Shown one piece after another: positions 39,901-51,900 of a stretch of 64,000 nucleotides of DNA; within the stretch, counting starts at the first letter, position 1; each line of letters begins with the position of its first letter. The stretch lies in the IMG/VR virus record IMGVR_UViG_3300032011_003089, positions 4,930 through 68,929 of that record; one strand, given 5' to 3'. The stretch comes from a virus. The translations under genes and the position numbers were made by a program. The notes under the pieces were generated by a model. The model was not told the DNA's origin, searched no databases, and was given only the letters and a program-made list of their open reading frames with translations.

Positions 39901-42900
39901 TTCATCCATAGTCTTGCCTTGTTTGGCCATGGCGCTATATCTTTCATAGGCTTTCGTAAAGCTTACCTGTGATTCGAAAAAGTCCTTCCTGAGGGATTCG
40001 CTAGCTTTCAGTCCTTTTTCCATCTCTTTGACGGTTGCATTGACATCATCAACCGCCTCTTGGACTGTGCTTTTATTTTTATTGTTTATAGATTGGGTGG
40101 TTTCTCCTTTGGGTTTTGGGGCGGCAAGATTATTCTTCTTCAGTCTTTCTCGAGCCGCTAACACGCTCTGTTTTATAGTACCTAAGAAGGACCCTGGTTC
40201 GTTTAGTGCGGATTGGGTTAAATTTCTGCTCTCGGGGTGTCTATTTTGTAAGCCAGCGGAAGCGTCTTTCACCTTTTGTTGAGCGGTCTTTATTTTCTCT
40301 TCTAAAGCTGGGTAATATCCCGGTTTCATTTCACCTCTATCCATGTAAGGCTTAGAGTTAGCTTCGATGTGCCCCTTGTTTTGGTCTATTATCTTTTGTT
40401 GTTGGGCTCTTTCTTTTTTTAGATTCTCAAGATGTTTCTTTTCAGCAGCTTCCGTTCTGGTGTCTCTTTCGTGGCTGTAAGAAGGTAAGGCGTTAAAGGT
40501 TGAGTCTGCCGCCATTTCTTTGCGAGCCATCAGCGCGGCTATTTTTTCTAAATGTAAATTCGTTTCATAGTTCTGCCTGTGGGCTATAACGTCTTCTTCT
40601 GTAACTGCTGCCGCGTTTGGACCTTCAAACCCTAGCCTCTTCATTTCTGTGTCGTGCTCTGCCTGTTCTTTTACTGACCTACCCCAATCAAAACTTCCCG
40701 CCTGAGGGGTTAATGGTTTTATTTTTTCTTCAGCGGCAGCTATGGCTGCTTTGCGCTCGTCAAGTTCTGCTTTGTTTTTTAACAGAATATCCAAGTCAAG
40801 CTTGGCCGAGTCTACATCAAATTGTTGAAAACCTTTAGATGTAAGAGAGCTTCCCTCGGCTTGTGACCTTTGGCCTGGTATGTAGCTCGAAGCCGAATCT
40901 ACCAATTTCTGAGCTGCTTTAGCTATAACACCCTTGGCTTTATCCATGCCAGAGTGCTCTAATCCGTATTTACCTTTATCAACAACTGCTTTTATAGATT
41001 CTAGCGCGAAAGATAACTTGGTCGAAGCCGGTATAACACTACCCGTAAACCAAGCTTGATTAAATTTACCGTAAGCAGTGCCTAATAAGCCGGTCATTTT
41101 GTCCATTGCGCCAGAAAGGTCCCCAGAAGAAGACGCCACCTGCTCGAGGTTCATTCCTTCAACCGCGCTTGTATCTATTGGTTTTACTGGGGATTTTGGG
41201 GCTTTGTAATCAAAGCCTTCGCTCTTTAGTTTGGTTTCTGGGACCAAATTTTTTCTTAAAAGTTTAATTGCCTCAACTAATTCTGGGGTAGCCTGTTGTT
41301 GCCTTTGAAAATGCTCCAATAACTCATCGAACACTAAGGCGCCTTCACCAGCGCCCCCTTCTTTCCCCGCCAAATCCGAGGCCATCGTATAAAGCATTCT
41401 CTTCACTTCGTTTTCATCCAAGCCGTCTGTCACCATGCCGTATCTTTGGCCTCCAGCTTTATCCAACACCCTAACTATAGACTCTAAACCAGTTAAGTTT
41501 GTTTTATCCATTTTGGCTATTTCCGAAGCCAACATATCCACGCCCCTTCTACTGTCTTGAACTGTCTTTTTTTGCTCAATTAGTACATCATCTAAATTAA
41601 CTGGGATGCCTCTTTTGTCATCGAAAGTAAATTCACTCTCTGAGGTGGTAGCAGACAGGCGGTTCCTAGCTTCAAGTAAAGCATTCCCTTCTTTTATTAG
41701 GGCGTTTTGTAAGTCTAATCTTGCGGCTTCTTTTGCTCGGTTCCCTCCAGCATTCCTTTCCGTTTCTATATCTAGTATTTGCCTGAATAAAGAGTTATGG
41801 TGCGCGCCCATGTTTGATACAGAAGCTTCTCTAGTGCTCATCCTCAGGGCCTCGGCGGCGCCCCCATCTTTGCCGAAGCCCGGAATGATGCCAAAAGCAG
41901 CGCGTTCCGAGTAGTCCGCTGTCCATCCCGGTCCTTGAGCCCTTACCTGTTTTGCTTGGGCTGTAAGTTGTTGCGCTAACTTTAGCTGCTCCTGAGTCAT
42001 TCCCTCGGTTGTTCCAAGCCGCGCAAACGCAAGCATTTTGTCAAAAGTTTCCCCTTGAGCGTTATTGTCCTTAGCCATTTCTTTGGCGATGTTAGCTAAG
42101 TATTGCATTTGGGTATCGTTGCCGGTTTCGGCTGCTCTTAGATACGACATAGCGCCCAATATCCCGCCTAAATCCATTTCTTCTTTATCCACTGCCCCTT
42201 GGCCAGACCTTATGTTGGGCGAGCCCGTAGCTATGCCGCCTATAAGAAATTCTGGGGTGTCAGTGGTCCATGCTTCATCATACCCTCTAGCAGATAGCTT
42301 CTTCCTAGCCTCTTTACCCGTCCAAGTTCCTTTGAAGCCCCGTCTCTCTTCAGTTAAGTCTGCATCAGAAGCGGCGCTCGCAGCATTCATTGCCTCTCTA
42401 GCCCTTCGCGCTTCGCCAGAGGCAGCTCTATAGTTGGCCATAGCGCCTTTCCCCGCCTGAACTACTTCAACTTCTTTTTGTTTTTGTCTTTGGTCGGTAA
42501 ACGCATTTGTGATAGCTTCTTGGTATCTTTGAAGTTGGCCACTCAAATGCTCATCCATCAAGCCTATGTCGGTAGATACCTGCCCTATGCTGCTATCAAC
42601 CTTTAGAAAACCAGCAGCGTCAACGTTAGCTACCCCATTAATTACTTTGCCAAGGTTAACTTGGCCCTTAGGTATTTCACTTACGCCATTAGCTTTCAGA
42701 GCGGCGTCAAAAGCCTTAACGTTTTGGCCATACAAGTCTTGAGATTGATTACCTACCAAGACGTTTAATACTTTAGAGTTCTTATTCATCTCTGCAATAT
42801 CTTCAGACATGGATTCGAGCTTAAGCTCAGAGGTGATTTGTTTCGCAGCTATATCATAAGGGTCTGGCATACCACCTTCTTTAGAGAATGCTTTACGAGC

Positions 42901-45900
42901 CTCTGCGGCGTCACCCGTTCTAATCGCCATTTGCCTTTGAGCCATAAACATTTGGGCTTGAATATCTTGAGCCCTAGAGACCATTGCGCCTTCAGCAAGC
43001 CCCATAGCAGCCGAGTTATCCGACATGTCGAACATGGGCATGGACTGCCTAATAATCTTTAACAATTCAAAGTCTGCTCTGCCTTGGTCTACCTGAGCGC
43101 CAGAATAGGACGCTTTCAATTGGCTCCCAAGAGCAGTAGCGAGGTCATCAAAACCCTTAGAAAACATAGTTTGACCGCCCTTTTCAAAACCTCCAGCTCC
43201 TCCCATCATTTTCAATTCTTGGGTTTGTCTTATCATGCGCTTTTGGTTGTCGGCTTGAATAGCGCTCATTGTAAGCTCCTGAGCTTGCTGTTGAATCATT
43301 ATTGAAAGTTTATCGGCAAGACTTTCTTCTTCTCTTTCTAGCTGTTTTAAAATGTTATCGGTCAGAGCTTGCGCTTCTAATTGGTTATACCCAGCGTCTA
43401 GTGAGGCTTGTTTTATTTCTCCGTTAATCTTTTTTAAATCTGCCAATTTATCCTTGGAGTTAGTTAGTATTTTAATACTCTTTTGGACAACCGGAAGTAG
43501 AGTCTCTTGAGAGTTGGCGACTCTTGTGAACGCTCCTATTTGTGCTTTGCCTTGAGCGTTCTGGTCTTTTCTAGCTAGTAACTCATTTGTTTTCTTTGAG
43601 GCTTCAGTAAATTTTCTTAAAGGAATCTCTAGAGAAGCAAACGCCGCCTTTGAAGTTTCGGCTTGCATTTGCTTTAAGAATTTGGCGTTGATACCTGTAG
43701 CTCTAGTTTGCGCTTGGGTCGCGGCTTTACTTCCTTCTGTTTGGTACGCTGCCGCTCTTTCGGAAGAGCCCTTCGTAATTTCTTGAGCTCTAGCGATATT
43801 AAACGCTTGCGCGTTCCTCGTCATTTCGTCAAATGTTTTGGCTTTATTTTTTATGATATCTACAGTAGAGCCAAGGGTGGCGGAAAAAGAGGCTAGCTCT
43901 TGATTTAAGGTTTGGAGGTGTGCGCTATACTGCTCTTCAAATTTTCTTCTATCTTCTAGTATTAGTTGGGCTTTCTTAGCTCCTTCTGCTCCCTTTTCTA
44001 ATTCTTTAAAGTAATCTTTTATTCTCTTCGTGTACGCGCCCACGTCAGCAGTACCCAGAGTATTGACAAAATCAGAAAAATCATTACCAAGATAACTTGT
44101 ATCTATGTCAGAAAAACTACCTATACTGTTTACGTCTAATTTACCAGATTCTATAGCCTTAAGAACCTCATCTTGATTCACTCCTCCGCTTCTGATTTGA
44201 GATTTAGCGACGTTCTCTATTCTCTTTCGGTCCGACAAGCTATCGGCGTCATTGAATATTTTCTTATCGCCCCATTCTCCTGCAAATTTTTCTTGCAAAT
44301 CAAAACCCTTGGTTGCCGCTTCCAAATCGGACTTGTCTCTTTGAAGGTTTGTTGTAATCTCTGCAAATACTTCTTTAATTTTTTCTGCGTCACCCGAGGC
44401 CGCTATAAATTGAGACCTAAATTTATCAGGGATGTCAGTAATAGATTCAGCCATTTTTCTTTGAAGGGAGGCTAGGTCTTCTGGATTTGCTTCAACTGGC
44501 TTTTTGAACATTTGGTTCATCTTGTTAACGGATTCAAGGTATTTTTGCCCAGATTGCTGCACCTTGTTAAGAGCTTCCCCGACTTGCTCCAGTTCTTTTC
44601 TAACTTGAGCGCCTCTTTCTTGAATTTCAGCTTTTACGAGGCCGTCGGCTAAAGATTTAATTCCCATTGTAGCGCCAGCTATACCGCCGATTGCTGCGCC
44701 CCAAGGGCCAGCCATTGCGCCCATTTGCGCTCCGGTGGCGGCATAAGAAGCTGCCATTCCAGCGCCTTCGACTGCCGCTTTACCTTTCAAATCATCTTGG
44801 TTCATGAACTGAGAAGCCTGACTAGCAAGCATAGGCGCGGTAGCGATTATATTTGAAGCGCCACCGCCCTCGATAAAGCGCATAGCTCTGCCGCCTTTGC
44901 CGAACATTTTGCCAGCTTTCTTTTTCTCTGCTGCGGCTTTATCTCTAGCTTCTCTTTCGGGTTTTGTGGCTTCTTCGATTGCTTCAAGTTTTTCTTTAAG
45001 TTTTGCTTCAGATTCTTTGACGCTCTTCTTGTTAACTCCTGCCGCCTCTTGGGCATTTTCATTACTCTTTTGAGCTTTCCTGACGGTCTCCTCTTGCGCA
45101 TCCATAAGCTCTCTAGCTTTTTGTTCTCTTTCATTAGCTAGCCTCTCTTCTTCTTCTAGGCTTTCAATTTTCTTATCCCAAAGCTGTTTAGCTCTTTCTA
45201 TTGCTTTTGATATACCCTCTTCGCCTGTTTTGCCTTTGCCTTCGGCGCTTTGCAGCCACATCTCAGCACCACCAGCTTCTCCTTCATATCCAGCTTCTCT
45301 GGCCACCTGAGCCAAGCCTTGTTGTTTAAAGGCTTCTGGGCCATCTTGTATTGCGTACTGCGTTCTTGCCTCCGACGCACGAGCTTCATTACGGCTGCTG
45401 TCCCACAACCCAAAAAGGATTTCTCCTTTGTTCTCCTGTTGTGATAGATTTTTTTGTTGGTCTAATGCGTTTTCATTGTAAGACATTGAAGCTTCTTGTT
45501 TCTGTTTATGCTGCGCTTCCGCCTCAGTTTTCCCTAACTTTTTTTCTTTTTCTTCTAAGGCTTGCTGTGTTTTATCTAAAGCTGCATCAAATCCTTTTAA
45601 GCCCTCGCTTCCTAATTGTTTGAAATTATTTCCAAGGTCTTTGATTCCACTAGCTAAAAATCCCATTGAAGCCATCATCATGGCGCTATCCATTGCACCA
45701 CCAGCAAAGTTGGGGACATGGCCTTGGCTTGCGCCTTGGGTTTGAACTTCACCTATGCTTTTACCGCCCTTCAAATGCATGTTAATAGCATTAGTAAGTG
45801 AGCCCTCTGTCGTATTGTAAACGCCTATGCCGCCGCTCTTTCCTAACCTTCTATCATATCCAACTCTAGGCTGTCCTTGACCAGCTGCTTTTTCGCGGCC

Positions 45901-48900
45901 AACAGCTTCTTTGAGAGCGTCTCGAGAAAAATTAGGGACAAGGCCTTCGGCGTATGTTCCAAGGGCTTGTAGCATAGCTTTGTGCGAAGCGCCCTGCATC
46001 TTATCAAACTCTTGCATTTTCTTTTGGTTTGCAACCATCGAAAAAGCCTTCGAACCAATAGACTGAATAACCATATCCTCCAACTCTGTGGTATACTGTT
46101 TAATCATGTCTTGGTCTTTAGCGAGCAAGCTGAATTCTCCTTGGGTTGGTATTTTCCCCATGCCCACATGCTGATAACCCGACCCTGCGTCCCTTCCTCT
46201 TAGCGGGTTAAAATCAACAGACTCTAATTCGTGGAGCTCTGGGTTGCTGCTGGCCACTAACTCGTGGCTCATGTTCGTGCCGTGTACGTCAGAGTTTACG
46301 ACGTTGCCATGTATAGCTTTGTTTGCTAAACCTTTTTTCTTGACGAAATCTTTGGTTGAAGTAATTAGGATTCTGTTGTAGTCTGGATGGTCTGTTTTAA
46401 AGAGCTGCTCTAACGTGCCATAGTACTCTTCTCCTACAGATGATTTCGGGAAAACCGCTCCCCATCTTCCATACTGACTAGCTAAGCCACTCGCTGATTG
46501 ATGTATCTCAGCTTTAATTTCTTCTTTAGTAACATTTCTTTCTTCGCGCAGCATCTCGGGAGAATCCTCAAAACGAGTATTTCGTCCTCCCTCTCTCGCT
46601 TCTTTACTTAGAGGGGCATTTAATTTACCGCCGTGCCGCATCATCTTGCCGTACTCGGCTGCTGATACGCCATTTTTAATGGCCCATTTTCTTTTAGCGA
46701 CGTTTTGTTTAGCGTCTTCTTCATTCCACACCGCGTTAAAGGTAGGTCTACTATCGCCTTTTATGCCGTGCTTTTCTTTTAACCTATTTCTTTGGCCCGC
46801 ATCTTGGGCATTAAAAGAGACCGCCCCTGGAGGGGGGACTTTTATGCGTCCGGTTCCGTATTGAGATATATACTCGGGAACGCCCATAGCTCTTAATGCT
46901 TGGTTTTGGCTGGCAGCTACTCGCTCTGGATTGATTTCTGACTCGAGCTCTCTTCCTCCATATTTGTCTTTTGTTGCTTTTTGGTCATCCTTGAAGCGGA
47001 ACATCTCCGCCGAGTTAAGACCCTTCGTTGCCACTCCTCGACCTTTCATCAAGCGCCCTTGTTCTTCATCGTATAGTCTCTTTTTCCTATTTGCTTGCCA
47101 TTCTTGAAATTCTGGAGAGCTGGCGTCGACCCCTAAATGCCGCTGCATTGCCGAGATATCCATACTGGCGAAGTTTGGAACAAAGCCGCCAGACTTCATG
47201 CCCATCGGCCCAAACGACTTAATCCAGTCTTTTTTCACGGCTGGGTTTGCGTTAAGCACGCCCATGGCTTGTTGGAATCTGTCGGGCGTAGTCACACTAG
47301 ACAAGCCATGAGTCTTAATGTTATGACCAAGTATGTCAACTAAATACTTACTAAAGCTAGAAGCAATATCAACAACTTTGCTTGGGTCACGCTTACTACG
47401 CTCATGAAGAGCGAGTTTTAATTGTAAATTCTTTTGGGTTTTTAATTTCTTTGCGATTGATTCTCCCACTTGGAAGTCCGAGCCTTTTTTCGCTCCCGGC
47501 TTAGCCTCGCCTAATGCGCCAGCCATTTCGTTTTCGAACTTAATACCAGCCATTGCGCCGCTTGTTCCTTCTGGGTCCCAATCAGCACCAGCGACACCAC
47601 CGACTAAATCATAAGCTAAACCATCGAATAAATGGGGCACCTCATTAAGCATGGTCCGCCAATGAGCTCCGCTCTTCTTAATTTTTCTAGCGGTAAGTCC
47701 AGAGGCAATCATTCTTCCAGAACGACCATTCATATCAGTACCGACTACAAGAGTTTCATCTTCTGGGCCGCGAATCATTCTCATGCCAGCGGTCATTTTC
47801 TTGACTTGAGCCTCAGACATATCTTTGCCCATAGCGCCCTTTCTGCCAATCATCGTTGTGCCGTAATCTTTTTCGTGCAAGCCCTTGTACGCGAGGTTAG
47901 GAACAAAGCCTTGCGAAGCTAGGTTTAAATTCAGCCCCAACTTACCCCAAGCCTTACCACCATAACCACTCAGCCTAGCTTTGAAGGCTTTTCTTTTTTC
48001 TTGGAACATGCCTCTAGCTTCAGAAATCTCGCTTAGTTCACCCTTCTTTTTATTCGCCCCGTGCTTAGCTTTAAATTTACTAAAGTCTTCCTCTAGAAGA
48101 CCCAAGCCTTTATTAGCTTTATCTTTTCTATCTTGAATATAAGACGCGCGTTTTTGTAAAACTGGAATATTGTTTTTGATTACTCTGAATATTTCTGGCG
48201 GAAGATTACTTTTTAAAGTAGTTAAATCTCCATCAACAATCGCTTTTCTGATTTTAGTCCCACTAACGCCATCAAGCCTACCCTTAACAGGAACAACTCC
48301 TTTATAGGTTTTAGAGAATCTATCAGTCAAGTCTTCTTTGCCGCCCGAAACTCTATCTGCACCCAAGGCAATCTTGGTGTCTTTCTTTCTCATCCTGTAG
48401 GCTTTGCCATCGTGCTCAAAATGCTCTTGGACTCCAGCGTTGCTAGGTATAGCCATGAGGTTTGGATTAGAAAGTTCAATTAGCTTTGCTTTTTCTCTTG
48501 GTGATAAGCCTACATCGTACTCTCTGTTCGCGCCTTTACTAACAAAGGCTACATCAGCGCCAGCTTGCGTTGCCATGTCTGCGTGTCCCTTCGTAAAGGG
48601 CGCGAACGCACCTATTGTAGCCGTAGCTCCTTTTAACTCATTAAGCTTCTCAAACCCCTCCGCCTCCTTCAGTGACATATCGGCCTGTCTTTCAAATACT
48701 CCTAGTTTTGAAGCATACTTTTCAGCAAGCAAAGCCTCAGTAACTACACCAGAAGATGAACCAAATTTTTGTTTAGGACTTCTACCGAAGTTTGTATCAG
48801 ATGTGCCAGCTCTAGCTTGGTCAGAACGCTTCTCACGCATGCCTTTAACTACATCTTTGGCCCCTTTTAAAAAAGTTATTTTACCAGACTTCGTAAACTC

Positions 48901-51900
48901 TGGGCTGTCAACAACGGTTTGCGCAGCTCTCACTACAACTAACTGGTCCGATGGGTCAAGGTCAACAGGGTCAGTTACAAAGTTTCTTCCACCAGCGCGC
49001 TTTATAGCTTCGGTTGTTTTGCCAATACCAGCCGTACCAACGATAGTCTCTGAAATCTGCCCTCTTTGCGCGGCTTGGTTCACTATTGATTCGAACACTT
49101 GCCTAACCTCTTTACTACTGAGAGGCATACCCATGGACTGAGCTAGTTGGTCTTTATCTAGAATTTTGGTTGCAAAATTAGGAACGAATCCGCCGAAAGA
49201 TTTAAGGCCAGATTTTTTCTGTTTAGCTTTGAAGTCGGCGGCGATAGCCTTTTCCATTTCTTGCTCTTTAACTGCCTTTCCACTTAAAACTTCTATGAGA
49301 CGAGCCACCACGCTTTCGTCTTCACCTTTGTAGGCTTGCATTTGTTTTACAAGCTGTTTACTTCCTGTTTGTGTTCCTTCGATGTATTTTCTCGCCAAGC
49401 TAAGTTTGACGCCTGAATCATCAGTAGTTCTTTTGGCGTCGATTCTTTCGTAATTACCAGATAGCCCAATGAATTTAGCGAGGCCCCCCATAGTTACGGT
49501 ATTGGATGGAGTAAAGTCCCACCTTCTTCCGTCCTCTTGAACGGGGTCTGCCATTTTATTAATGAAATGGAATACGGCAGCTTCCATAGCTCTACCCTCT
49601 TTAACCTCTTGGGTTTGTTTGGTTTTGCCTATTTTTTTATGCGTCATGTAGTCGCGGAACACCTTATCAAATTCTTTATTCTTAAATGATAATCTTGCCC
49701 CAGACGCTTTAAGGTCATCTCTATTGGGGTTATCTACTGGTATCGTAGAAGACTGAATAGAAAACTGTATAACGTCATTAGGGCTAAATACTTTATCTAA
49801 ACCCTTAGGGGTTTTCAATCCATAACCGTGCTCTCCTTTTCTTGAATCAAAAAAGTCATCCAAGCTAATATTCGCTGACATGAGGCCTTTCTTACCGAAA
49901 GCCCCAAACGCAGCACTTTTGAGCGCATCCACTCTTAATTGAGTAGAACCAAATAAATCAATACCCTTAAAATCAGTAGGCAAGTCAATAGGTTTGAAAT
50001 CTTTAGAGCTTCCTTTATCAAATCTAAAACCTAATTTTGAGTCGCCTTGATAAATAGGCGCGCCCTGCTTCTTTAAGAAGTCTCTAAACCCAGCGTATTT
50101 TGAATCATCTGGAGCCCCAACCCACCCACTTTTCTCGCCGGTGCGGAAAACGTTTCTTATAGATTGAGTTGGTCCGCCTTGCAATCTTACGCCAGCCAAT
50201 TTAGCTTCTTTTCTTTCTTCTTCAAATTGCTGTAAGGCTTGTGGCGGATAATATTCTTTAGCTATCTCTTCCGCAGTCTGCATCTTGTACATCTTTTCGA
50301 GTATGTCAGACTCGTTCCATTTTGGGCCAGCCTTAACTTTCTGAATCCACTCTTTTGTTGTTAGCTCAGCAAAGTTAGGAATAAACCCTTGTGCGGCGTA
50401 AGGGTTAAATCCGTGCTGTTCTGCAAATTTCTGCTTGTAAGCTTTACCTGCATCACTGCCGCTCGGAGGCATGATTGCTGGCTGGGACATACCACCAAAG
50501 GTCTTTACTGTTTCGGCGGAGTTGTAGGTTACCCTACCAACGCCTTGCACATTCATTTCTTTTACGGTGCCCGGTTTATAACCGCCTTGTAAAGCCCCTA
50601 TTGTTTCGGTAGTGGCTCTTTCTTTCTTTTTGTTGAAGTTAGGAACCAAACCTCCAGCAAACATATTTGTTGGTCTCCAAGCGCCTTCGGTTTGGCCTCC
50701 ACCTTGCATAGCTAAATTTAAAGCACCAAGGTCTACGCTCGTCAAGTTCCTAGCCATGGCCGCTGATAGGTCAGCGGACTGAGCTAAAGCGAAATTTCTA
50801 GCCCTAATACTTTCTAGAATTTTATCCGATACCCTAACCAAGTTTTCTTCACTGCTTCTTGCGGCGTCGATTAAATCTGGGTTTTTAAGTAGAATGTTTT
50901 GAATAAGCATTTGCATTTCGGCTTGCTTCTTCGCGCCCTCGTTCATTCCAGCGAAACTTCTAACTGCGTCTATGCCAAACTTACTGAAGCTAAACAAAAG
51001 CTTACCAACAAGAGCGCCTAAGATAAGCATGCCCGGTCCCTTTAAGATGTTGCCTATGCCCTCCAGAATGCCCTTGCCCATCTTCATGCCAATTGAGCCC
51101 GCGTCAGACTGGTCATCCATACCCTCGAGCATTTCGTTAATCTCTTCCAAGCTGTTTCTAAGCGCTGGGCCTATCGTGATGTTGCCGATGCTTGCGCCAA
51201 CTTTTAAAAGATTCTGCATACTCTCATTAACTAGGGTGTTAAGAGTTTTGTTTAACTCCGCGTTCCTAGCTATAGCTTGGTCAGTAGAGTTTACAGAAGT
51301 TCCTAAGGCTCTATCGTAAATTGAAAATTGCTTGCCTAAATCACCAATAGCGGCTTTCAATACGTTTACTTGGAAAACACCACCAACCATTTCAGCGGAA
51401 ACGGCCTGTTGAGATGGAGTCAGGCTATCGTAAGCGTTGGCAAAGTTCTGTAGCGTTTGAATGGCTGGTAAGGTCGCTCCTTGGGCGTCTCTAACTACAA
51501 CCCCAAAAGCTTCTAAATCAGATATAACTTTTGGCCTCTGTAGTCTGGTAAAAATAGTCTTTAATGAGTTACCAATCACAGAACCGCCACGAGCCGTTAC
51601 TTGCTGTGCGGTTGTAACCATCGCAATCAATTGGTCCAAACTAACCCCAGCGTCCTGAGCGGAACTACCAACACGACTCACGGCTTTAGCTAGGTCAGCA
51701 GAGCTCACGGCAAATGCGGCATCAACATTAGCAAGTTTATTGACTAACGCTGTAGAGGTGATAACGGTTTGGTTGAAGCTGTTTATAGTGGCGGTTACGG
51801 CCTCAACAGAAGATTGAACGTCCAACCCAGATAGGCGAGTTAGAATCATAGCGTCAGAAGTTCGCTTGAGCGTCTCTTCTACCGCTAAACCTTGACGAGC

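Noticed and set aside
48404-49141. 245-aa plus-strand ORF inside the TMP (and similar shorter ones)
   Set aside because: Antisense shadows of a strongly coding frame; no motifs or expression signals
45706-50652. TMP motifs as DNA-level repeats (recombination sites or CRISPR-like array)
   Set aside because: Synonymous positions differ among copies and spacing is irregular (222-1281 bp); conservation is at peptide level
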